From Centroscyllium fabricii (Eukaryota), in contig JBNRSN020000034.1 of assembly GCA_051313645.2 (NCBI GenBank), forward strand, positions 992,001 to 1,056,000: a stretch of 64,000 nucleotides of DNA. The letters run 5' to 3'. Below are positions 13,290 through 23,150 of the stretch, piece by piece. The notes under the pieces are model-generated. The model was not told where the DNA came from. It searched no databases and saw nothing but the letters and a program-made list of their open reading frames with translations. The first letter of the stretch is position 1. Each line of letters starts with the position of its first letter. The position numbers were made by a program, and so were the translations under genes.

Positions 13290-13752
13290 ACAGGCCTTGG
13301 CGAGGGTGCAGAGGAGATTTAGGAGAATGGTACCAGGGATAAGGTAATTCAGTTCTGTGGAGAGATTAGAGAAGCTTGGATTGTTTTCCTTAGAGAAAAC
13401 AATCTAGGTTCTGAGGGGCTTTGATAGAGTAGATAGGGAGAAACTGTTACCACTGTCAGGAGGGTTAGTAATCATAGGACACAAATTTTAAATAATTGGC
13501 AGACAGTATGATGAGAATTTTTTGCAAAGCGAGTTGTTATGATCTGGAATGCACTGCCTGAAAGGGCGGTGAAAGCAGATTCAATAGTAAATTTCAAAAT
13601 AGAACTGGATATATACTTAACAAGGGAAAATTTACATGGCTACGGGGAAAGAGCAGGGAAATGGGACTAATTGGATAGCTCTTTCAAAGAGCCGGCACAG
13701 GCGCGATGGGCCAAATGGCCTCCTTGTGTGTTGTATCATTTTATGATTCTAT
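13290..13752 (+). mobile_element. CR1 LINE 3' fragment, old
   Basis: GTGCAGAGGAGATTT...TGGAATGCACTGCCTG...GGGCCAAATGGCCTCCTT followed by a TTCTAT-type tail. Confidence 0.75.
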
Positions 13753-13855
13753 ATTACCCGCTGTATGGATTTACTCACTGGAATCACAACCTCTGTTGCA
13801 ACTCATTCAATGCAACTACCTTTTTCTCCATTCAGTCTATTCCAACGTGTTGATA

Positions 13856-15691
13856 GTTTTCTTGATGTGGAGGTGCCGGTGTTGAACTGGGGTGGACAAT
13901 TGTAAGAAGTCACACAACACCAGGTTATAGTCCAACAGTTTTATTTGAAATCACAATCTTTCGGAGCGCTGCTCCTTCATTAGGTGAAGTGAAGAGATGC
14001 ATATAGGCATAGCATATATAGTCAGAAAGCAATGCGAGATGATTCCAGGTAATTTTTCTAACTGCTCTTTATCACACCTCGGCAGAGAGATAATCACCGC
14101 AATCAAAGGTGTAAATGGTATCCAAACAGGTCAGTCAGCAAAACATTCCATCAAAGAACAATGAGGTGGGGTCACAAGAGGTCAAATGTTGCACATGCTG
14201 TATGAAAAACAAAAAACAAACAAAGCAATAAAAAATAAATAAAATTTAAAAAAATGTTTTGCTGGAAATCACAGCAGGTCCAGCCGCATCTCTGTAGAGA
14301 GGACAAGCCAACGACAACTCGAGTCTGGATGACTCTACATCAGGTGGAGTTACATGTAGCGTGGCATGAACCCAAGATCCCGGTTGAGGCCATCGTCATG
14401 AGTGCAGAACTTGGCTATCAGTTTCTGCTCGACGATTTTGCGTTGTCGTGTGTCTCAAAGGCCACCTTGCAGAATGCTTACCCGAAGATCAGAGGCTGAA
14501 TGTCCTTGGCTGCTGAAGTGTTCCCCGACTGGGAGGGAACACTCCTGCCTGGTGATTGTTGTGCGGTGTCCGTTCATCCGTTGTCGCAGTGTCTGCATGG
14601 TCTCTCCGATGTACCATGCTCCGGGGCATCCGTTCCTGCAATGTATGAGGTGTCCATCTGGATCGAAGGTCTTGATCAGTCCGTTGAGATGGCGGGTGTG
14701 TTCTTTGGTCAGATCTGTGGGTAACTGTCTGTAGTGTTCTTGGTTGTCCAGTTGTCGGTTTGCTTCTTTGCAATAGTCCATTCTGTTCTGTATGACGATG
14801 GCTCCTCCCTTGTCTGCTGGATTGATGACAATGTTGTGGTTGGTTTTGAGAGCGTGGATGGTGTTGCATTTTGCTCAAGTGACATTCTGGACTGTCTTCT
14901 GAGTGTGGCTGATTAATTTGGCATTGATACATCTCCTGACAGCTTGAGCATACATGTCAAGCTTAGGACAGCGGTCCTCCGGAGGGGTCCAATTTGACTC
15001 TTTCTTCTTCGGTTGCTGCACTGCGGATCCCTCTGTCTGCTGTTCCGGATCATTGATTGTCTCATTGGGTTCGCTGCTGACATCTTGGGAACTGTGGAAG
15101 AATTCCCGGAGCCTCATTCTCCTGATGAATTCCTCTGTGTCTGCCACGAGACCGATGGGGTCCATTTTGGTGGTGGGGCAGAAATTGAGCCCCCGGCTGA
15201 GAACTTCAATTTCGTCTGGGATCTTGGGTTCATGTCACGTTACATGTAACCCCACCTGACATAGAGTCATCCAGACTCGAGTCGTCGTTGGCTTGTTCTC
15301 TCTACAGAGATGCGGCTGGACCTGCTGTGATTTCCAGCAAAACATTTTTTTTAATTTTATTTATTTTGTATTGTTTTGTTTGTTTTTCATATTGCATGTG
15401 CAACATTTGACCTCTTGTGACCCCACCTCATTGTTCTTTGATGGAATGTTTTGCTGACTGACCTGTTTGGACACCATTTACACCTTTGATTGCAGTGATT
15501 ATCTCTCTGCCAAGGTGTGATAAAGAGCAGTTAGAAAAATTACCTGTAATCATCTAGCATTGTTTTCTGACTATATATGCTGTGCCTATATGCATCTCTT
15601 CACTTCACCTGATGAAGGAGCTGCGCTCCAAAAGCTTGTGATTTCAAATAAAACTGTTGGACTATAACCTGGTGTTGTGTGACTTCTTACA
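13856..15691 (-). mobile_element. Penelope-like element derivative with ~480-bp inverted arms (13901-14381 and 15218-15691)
   Basis: GIY-YIG fragment (AWYIGETMQTLRQRMNGHR...VGEHF) joined to N-terminal ORF fragments (FIRRMRLREFF). The arms are reverse complements and carry hammerhead-like motifs. Confidence 0.85.
15605..15641 (+). ncRNA. Minimal hammerhead ribozyme motif (Penelope type), degenerate; mirror copy at 13951-13987 on the minus strand
   Basis: TCAC-CTGATGA-A-GGAGC/TGC/GCTCC-AAAA-GCTT-GTGA: CUGAUGA core and stem II present, GAAA box mutated. The mirror copy has GAAA intact but CTAATGA. Confidence 0.6.
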
Positions 15692-15814
15692 TAAATAAAT
15701 ATAGTAGTTAAAGAAGTTATCAGATGTAAAATCTGGTTAGAGGGGGGCAATCCACAATTTCCTGAGGTGAGGGGCCCGGTAAGGAGGGAAAGGGGTGGGA
15801 AGGCTGCTACGGAC

Positions 15815-16213
15815 CATAGAAACATAGAAACTAGGAGCAGGAGTAGGCTATTCAGCCCTTTGAGCCTGCTCCGCCATTCAATGAGATCATGGCTGATCAT
15901 CCAAACCCAGCACCCCGCCCCTGCCCTCTCCCCATATCCCTCGATCCCTATCGAGCCTCCATCGACACATATCCCACCCTATCCCCGTAACCCCACATAT
16001 TCAAACCCCCCAACACTAAGGGTCAATTTATCATGGCCAATCAACCTAACCCGCACATCTTTGGACTGTGGGAGGAAACCGGAGCACCCGGAGGAAACCC
16101 ACGCAGACACGGGGAGAATGTGCAAACTCCACACAGATAGTTCCCGAGGCTGGATTTGAACCCAGGTCTCCAGTGCTGTGAGACAACAATGCTAACCACT
16201 GTGCCACCGTGCT
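15815..16213 (-). mobile_element. HE1-like V-SINE
   Basis: tRNA-like head (GGTTAGCA, GGTTCAAATCC), V-domain (GGAGTTTGCACATTCTCCCCGTGTCTGCGTGGG) and a CR1-derived tail with TTTCTATG repeats. Confidence 0.9.
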
Positions 16214-16640
16214 GACCAGATGGATGGTTTGTAAGGATCAAGGCACGGGGGAAGAAACTGTTTAGATGACGGGTGGTATTGGTTCTGATAGCTCTGAACC
16301 ATCTAGCAGAGGGAAGCTTTTAAAAAAGGTGATGACCTGGGTGAGAGGGGTCAGCGATGATCTTACCTGCATGCTTCCTTACCCTGGAGTCGTGCAGGTC
16401 CTCAATGGAGGGCAAATGGCAGCCGATAACCCTTTCTGCAGACCGGACAATGCGCTTCAGTTTGTTCTTTAGCGAGCAGACGCAGTCCCAAACCAAACAG
16501 TAATGGAGGAGGTGAGGATGGACTCTACAATGGCCGTGTAGAATGTAACCAGTATTAATTTGGAGAGGTTAAGTTTCTTAAGCTGGCGCAGGAAGTACAT
16601 CCGCTGATATGCCTTTTTTGTGATAATGGTAATGTTGTTA
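16214..16640 (-). mobile_element. Rex1/Babar-type LINE fragment
   Basis: KKAYQRMYFLRQLKK...FYTAIVESILTSSITVWFG is typical of the post-RT region of Rex1. Confidence 0.75.
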
Positions 16641-18471
16641 ACAGTATTATACATAATAACGTGGTGCATCAACTACCAGCACCATCTGAAGATTTCATTT
16701 ATGACACATTTCTGCACTCAACAATGTTGGGACATCTTTATCTACAAGTTGCAACCCAAGACTGGATGTAACTCCTCCTCTGGTAGTTCAGTCTACGTTT
16801 TCCGATTGGATCTGTTGCAGATCTGTGATATAATTTTAACTCAGTTTTGCTCCTTTGGAGAGAAAGCTGGTCTGGATATCCCATAGCATTCTTTCATTCT
16901 TCGAGTTGATTGCAAATAGCTGCATAATCTAACCTTAACAACTACATTATTATTGATCCTCATTGCCACAAACATTTTTAAAATAATATTAGTTTTTCAG
17001 ATTTGCCACTGCTTCAATTGGTATGTGTTCTTATGTTCTTGTAATTTGGTTCATAAGTAGAGCTAATAATAAATTAATAATACTTGCATTTATATAACAC
17101 CATATCAAACTGAGACATCTTAATGTACAGCAGCCATTCTGCACCAGCAACGTCACACAAACAGCAAGAATCGCCACTTGAGCAAGACATTGAGAGTATC
17201 CAGTGCCTGTGGAACATGCCCTAACAAGCAATCAAATCCTTTAAGAGAGGAGGAGAGAAAACTGACTGAGAAAATCAGTAAATGAGCCTGGCCATATGCT
17301 CTGGTTCTATGAAACAAAGGACCGGTGTTTAAAGAATAATCAATGAATACAGATTCAGGGTTTTATTAGAGAACCTCCGTTATTTTCTTAAGGAAGGTTC
17401 GAACATTTGTATCCTGAGACCTGATGTTAGAGCTGCTAAATTGAGACATACCCCAGTGGGAGTAAGGCAGACTCTGCTTAATTACATTGCTTGCAAGCCT
17501 CGCAGGAGGGGTTTATGAGCAGAATGTTGTCTGGCTGTTAAGCTCAATGAAGCAATTTTGTTAAGCTGGTGGTTGTTATTGGAAATTCTCAGGAGAAAAG
17601 CTCTAGGAGTTGATTGGGGTGGGGTGGGGGAGGGAGGGGGTATCAGGTGTTGACAGCAACCTTTGCTCCACCTGACACACCTGGGTCATATGCTCTCTCT
17701 TCTGTGCCTAACGGCACGTGAGACAACCCTTTCCTTCCACTGCTTTTTACATCCAGCATATTGTGCTCTGGGGTTTTCCCGTAACAAAGATGCCTTTTTG
17801 CGTGGTCAGGTCATTAGCATGACCAGGGGGACAAGATGTGATGGAGGGGGTCACCGCTCCACTCCCATCGAATGCAAGTACCCCAGTGGATGTCAACCCA
17901 ATAGAGGCCAGAGCACTGGTCTATTGTTATTAATTGCACTAGCCAGGCAGCCACCCTGTGTATGGCCTTTTCCACCCTCCAGCTCGAGCCAAATAATCCA
18001 GTGGCAATAGAAATATCACCAAAAATATCCCAAAATATAGTCAACTTGCTCTGATCCCGGGGAAATTGGCTGGGGTCACGGGTGCAGGGGCCCTGCCGAA
18101 GCTCAACTGACATTTAAATTTGCTCCACAGAGAAAGAACTTAAATTTAAACACTGGGGAAGAAATTCATTATAGCGCCAGGCACTAACGCTTCAGATTGC
18201 ACGCAAAATTCAGTCTCACAGCACAAAGACAGGATTGGTGTGCTAAATCAAGTGCTGATGGCCTAGCTCAGTGGCATTAAACTTGAAGCGCTGACCAATA
18301 TCAGGTACAGTCTAATCACAAGTCACCATTGCCACATGCTCTTTACAGTTCTTAAGGGGCGGTTCATTAATGCTGCAGAACCTCATTCTCATTGTTGCTG
18401 CCTGTGCAGCCGTGTCAGCCAGCAGCAGCAGGTCAAGGAGAAACAACTGGACGAGTCAAGCAGCTGTAAGG

Positions 18472-20338
18472 ATGGCAGATCCACTCCCCAGGGAGAGAGC
18501 CCGCAGATTATGCGACCATGCATTGGAGGCGTTGGTGTTCACAGTGGAAAGACAGAGAATGGTGCTCTGCCCAGCAGGTGGCAGGAGGCCCTCGCCGCAA
18601 GTCTTCTGCACCATGTAGAAGGAGGTAGGCCAGCAGGTCCCGGGTAGCACTGCGGTCCCCTGGAGCCACACACAGCGCCCTCACTCAGGTGGTCAGGGTG
18701 AGTCAATGCTTCAAAAAAATGCTACATACCACCATCTGAACCACAGGCTACACACACTGCCCAAAGCACCACACCCCCAGGACTCACCCACTAACAATCT
18801 CTACCTACCAACACTCACACCTTGCACACAATAACAGCTATTCAACTATGACATGCAGATCACCGAAACATATTGCTCCACACTCACTCACGCACTTTCC
18901 TTTCTCTTGCAGGCCAAGGTGGCTCACAACAGGAGGGAGCAGGAGCGCACAGGCCAGGGGACAACCTGACACCCAACAACTTTCTGAGCTGGAGAATAGA
19001 GTGCTGCAGATTATTGGGCGCCAGGTGGTGGGCGCCATGGCCACTGGCAACGTTGACCCCCTTGGGGACAACAACAGTATGTTCATCCTTACTCCTTCTT
19101 CTCACATCCCACTTCCCCCTCACCCCACAAGCCTTTTGCACTTTCCAGCTAATCATGCTGTATGCTTGCCTTTCTCCCATCCTGCCCCCCTCCCCTCACC
19201 TTAACCCGAATTGTGTGCCTTTGTGCTTTCAGATTATGAGCAAGCACCTAAGCAGCTGTCCCTGAGAGCACTGTTGAGAGCAAGGTGGGAGAATAGGAGG
19301 AGGAAGAAGACACCGCATCACTGCATGTCTCACCCGCAGGCACCAGCTCAGATACTGGCATTACGCGTTCTTTAGAGGCTAGTATAGTAGCGGTATCTGT
19401 ACAGGGTGATGCACTGGGGATGAACGGGCTGCAGCAAGGCCAGGGGAAAGGGTAGCTCGGGAGCCAGTTCCCCAGAGGGCGAGTTCGTATGCGAGTTCTG
19501 CTGCACAGGACCCAGATGAGGACCTCGATGGGGAGGTCTTTAGAAGAAGGGTGATGGGCATGCACATGGAGATGATAGGTGCAATGGCAAGATGCCTGTG
19601 AGCCTCTCGCAATGGTAAGGAGCGTGGAGGAGTCCACCTCCAACATTGCACAATTCTCTGCGGACACCACAGAGCCCATCATTTCCAGTCTGCAAAGGAT
19701 GGTGGACTCCCAGAGAGACAGTGGCGACCCAGAACTAATGCCGCATGTGATGGGCAATCTGGCAGCTTCCAATGCAGCACAGGTGGAAGTGATGCAGCGT
19801 CCTAGTGCTGTAATGCAGTCTATGCTTGGTGCCATTCAATCTCACACGGCTCTCATGCAGTCTCAGCTTGATGCAACGCCAGCTCTGACTGCTGCCATCA
19901 TGGCTGGGTCTACCACCATTAACCAGGGCTTTCACGGTGTCACAGCAGGCCAGTAATGTGTGCTCCAATAGATTGCTACAAATGCTGAGGTGCTGCCCCG
20001 GGGGAGTGGCAGTGGAGCAGGAACCTGCTGTCCTCTCTCAGGATGACAGCATTCCTGCTCCCACCACTGGCACTCCACCATTGTGCTTCTCGCTGCCTGT
20101 CATCCAGCCAGCCCAGACTACTGCCCCCCATGCTGAGGTGGTGCAGCCTACAGCCAGGCCTTTCAGGCCCGGAGCTGTTCAAGGATGTCCTGCAAGGCCA
20201 TCTGAAGTCTCCCACACGGACACTCAGCAGCCTTCCACCAGCCGTGCCGCAACCACTGGGCCAACACTTTGTAGGAGCACTGAAGTAGGCAAAGGCACAG
20301 TAACGAGGGGCACTAAGGGATTGCACAAGGGTGAATAG
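18472..20338 (+). pseudogene. Harbinger Myb/SANT-like DNA-binding protein gene remnant with two GT-AG introns
   Basis: Begins MADPLPRERARRLCDHALEALV. Donors at ~18698 (GTGAGT) and ~19077 (GTATG); acceptors at ~18912 (TCTCTTGCAG) and ~19232 (TGCTTTCAG). Contains stops and frameshifts. Confidence 0.6.
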
Positions 20339-20499
20339 GTAATAATATTGCTCTAAATATGTGTTCACTGATTATTGATAAATTTAGTAATTCAGTTTGG
20401 ATCATTCTGTGGTGTCTCTCATTTCAACTTTGCGCTGTGATATGGCCTGTGACAGGGATGGAATGATGGGGATGTGGTGAGCAACAGGGATCTGAGGTT

Positions 20500-21423
20500 T
20501 AATTTATTGGAACCGCGGTCTGATGAGGCGGTCATGGACTGCACTTCCGGAAGGCCGATTGAGTGGCTTTCGCCTCCTTCGCTCCTGTTCTTCCTACTCC
20601 TCCTCCTCATCCTTCTCATCTTCCTCCTCCTCCTCCCCCTTATCCTCCACCTGAAATGATCCCGCAATCCCTGGAGGCAAGGGTTGGGCCCTCATGATGG
20701 CCAAGTTGTGGAGCATGACGAAATGGAACACCCACTCAGCCAAGTACTGGAGAGAGCTTCCCGAGCGGTCAAGGCAGCGGAACCGTTGCTTGAGCACCCC
20801 GATGGTCTGCTCGATGATGATACTGGTGGTGGCATGGCTCTCATTATATGAGTGCTGGGCAGGAGTGTTGGGGTTGCGGAGGGGAGTCATGAGCCAGGTG
20901 GAGAGCAGATAGCCCTTGTCTCTGACCAGCCGGCCGCGAGCTTGATGTGGTGGCTAGAAGTGTGCTGGCATAGGATGAAGGCATCGTGGCTGCTGCCGGG
21001 ATAGCAGGCATTCACATTGAGGATTCACTCTCTGTGGTTGCACAGCAACTGCACATTAAGTGAATGGTAGCCTTTGTGGTTACAGAAGATCTCAGGATTG
21101 TTATGCAGCGCCCGCAAAGCCATGTGGGTGCAATCAATTGCCCCCTGCACCATGGGCAAGCCCGCTATCCTGGCAAAGCCACATGCACGTTTGTGATGTA
21201 GTCCCTTCTCCTACTGTAGAGAGCCACTGTGACCTTCTGGATGCAGCGATGAATGGCAAACTGCGAGATTTTAGCTATATCTCCTGTTGCAGACTGGAAG
21301 GATCCACTGGTGAAGAAATTGAGAGCGATGGTGACCTTATCTGCCATTGAGAGAGCTGTGGTCGCCCTGATCTGAGGCTCGAGGTTTGGTTGCAGGAGGT
21401 GGCAGAGTTCTGTGACCACCTCC
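20500..21423 (-). pseudogene. Harbinger DDE transposase (HARBI1-like) remnant; its 5' part continues beyond 26022
   Basis: KVTIALNFFTSGSFQSATGD and YNESHATT..IIEQTIGVLKQRFRCLD with an acidic C-terminal tail; frameshifted. Confidence 0.85.
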
Positions 21424-21707
21424 TGTGGTAATCATATTACCACTGCATATAGTTGTATTGTACCATATGACCAATGTGTATAGTTGCTTGGTGTATTGTG
21501 TTTGTAAGGCCAGGTCAGCCACACCTCTAACTCCTCCCCTCAGGTGGGAGCCTTATAGGTGAGGTCTGCCCTGCCCCCAGTCATTCTGTGCCTGATGTTC
21601 AACTGGAGACTAGCTCCATCTTTAAGTTAATAAAAGCCTGTAGTTAAGGTAACTACTCGTCTTTGGTCTTATTGACGATACGTCAATTTTATTAACTTAA
21701 TTTTAAC

Positions 21708-23150
21708 ATGGACGGTCAAGAGCCAAATCAACAAGAACCAAACGCGTCTATGGAAAGCCATGCAGTGAAACCGGACAGATTGGATGTAAATCCACAGGAA
21801 CCAGACGCTGCTAACGCTTTCGAACAGTGGTTCGGCCTAGTCGAGGCGTACATGAGGGCCGCAAAGGCCACGAGCGACGGGGACAAACTGAAGGTCCTCT
21901 CATCCAGAATCAGCAGCTGGGTATTCTCTTTCATCCGCGGCCTCACGACGTACACAGAGGCAGTGAAGAAATTGAAGGATTGCTACTTGCGCCCGGTCCA
22001 CTCGGTCTATGCCAGACACGTCCTGGCAACCAGACAACAGCGGCTCGGTGAGTCAAACGAACAATTTCTGTTGGCGCTTCAAGCCCTCGCTCGGGCCTGT
22101 GACTGCCAGCCACGAACGGCGCAGGAGGAGACGAATCTCCTCGTACGGGACGCATACGTGGCTGGAATCAGGTCCAACCAGGCCCGCCAGCGGCTACTGG
22201 AAAAGGACACTCTGTCGCTGGAGGATGCGATCTCCATCTCCAACGCAGTGGACGGAGCGCGCTGCAAGCTAGAGGCGTATGGCGGCCAAGGCCCACACGA
22301 TACCCTCGATCCCTGGGCGGCCCCACGACAGGCCGAGAACCTCACAGTGGCAGCGGCAGCTGCGAAGACGCCGTCGGAGCAAAGATGGTACTTCTGCGGC
22401 CAGGGACAGCACCCGCGATCGAAGTGCCCCGCGAGGAGCGCGACCTGCGAGCGATGCAGTAAGAAGGGACACTACGCCAGGGCCTGCAAATTGGCCCCAG
22501 CGCCCAGCTCCAGATCCAACAGCGCGGCCTGCAAGAGCTCCAACGCCATCCCATGGCCCAAGGTAAACTGCTGTTGCAGTGCGACCCAGCACCGGTCCGG
22601 GGGTAAATCATGGGCGCTTCAGTCTCCCATCCCTGTACGGCAGAGACCGGCCGCGCGCACGGCACGGGCGCCGCCACGCCAAAGGGCGGCCGTGGCCGGC
22701 CATGTGCGACCCCCAACGCCGCCACCTCGCACAGCGTGGTCCGATGCGTGCGAACCACGGGCGCCGCCACCTCGTCCACCGCGGTCCGCCGTGTGCGAAT
22801 CACGGGCGCCGCCATCTTGTCCACCGCGGTCCGCCGCGTGCGAATCACAGGCGCCGCCATCTTGTCCTCAGCGGCCAGCCATGTGCGACTCCCCGGCGCT
22901 GCCATCTTGTCCTCAGCGGCCAGCCATGTGCGACTCCCCGGCGCCGCCATCTTGTCTTCAGCGGCCAGCCATGTGCGACTCCCTGGCGCCGCCATCTTGC
23001 CCACCGCGGCCCGCCGCGTGCGAATCACGGGCGCCGCCATCTTGTTTCCAGCAGCCAGCCATGTGCGACCCCCGGCGCTGCCAACTTGTCCACCGCGGTC
23101 GGCTGCGTGCGAACCACGGGCGTCGCCATCTTGTGCATGGCCCCAGCTAG
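21708..23150 (+). CDS. gag: Gag of the Gypsy element (zinc knuckles and 17-aa Pro/Cys repeats)
   Basis: CERCSKKGHYARAC knuckle, a degenerate first knuckle, and a tandem 51-nt repeat region. The frame is lost at a 1-nt deletion near 23070. Confidence 0.85.
   Translation: MDGQEPNQQEPNASMESHAVKPDRLDVNPQEPDAANAFEQWFGLVEAYMRAAKATSDGDKLKVLSSRISSWVFSFIRGLTTYTEAVKKLKDCYLRPVHSVYARHVLATRQQRLGESNEQFLLALQALARACDCQPRTAQEETNLLVRDAYVAGIRSNQARQRLLEKDTLSLEDAISISNAVDGARCKLEAYGGQGPHDTLDPWAAPRQAENLTVAAAAAKTPSEQRWYFCGQGQHPRSKCPARSATCERCSKKGHYARACKLAPAPSSRSNSAACKSSNAIPWPKVNCCCSATQHRSGGKSWALQSPIPVRQRPAARTARAPPRQRAAVAGHVRPPTPPPRTAWSDACEPRAPPPRPPRSAVCESRAPPSCPPRSAACESQAPPSCPQRPAMCDSPALPSCPQRPAMCDSPAPPSCLQRPAMCDSLAPPSCPPRPAACESRAPPSCFQQPAMCDPRRCQLVHRGRLRANHGRRHLVHGPS

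Noticed and set aside
20500-21423. Host HARBI1 gene
   Set aside because: Frameshifted, interrupted by a Gypsy element and paired with a Myb-like remnant and a TIR, so it is a transposon relic.
22610-23150. Programmed gag/pol frameshift
   Set aside because: Better explained by a 1-nt deletion in one repeat unit; no slippery heptamer was seen.
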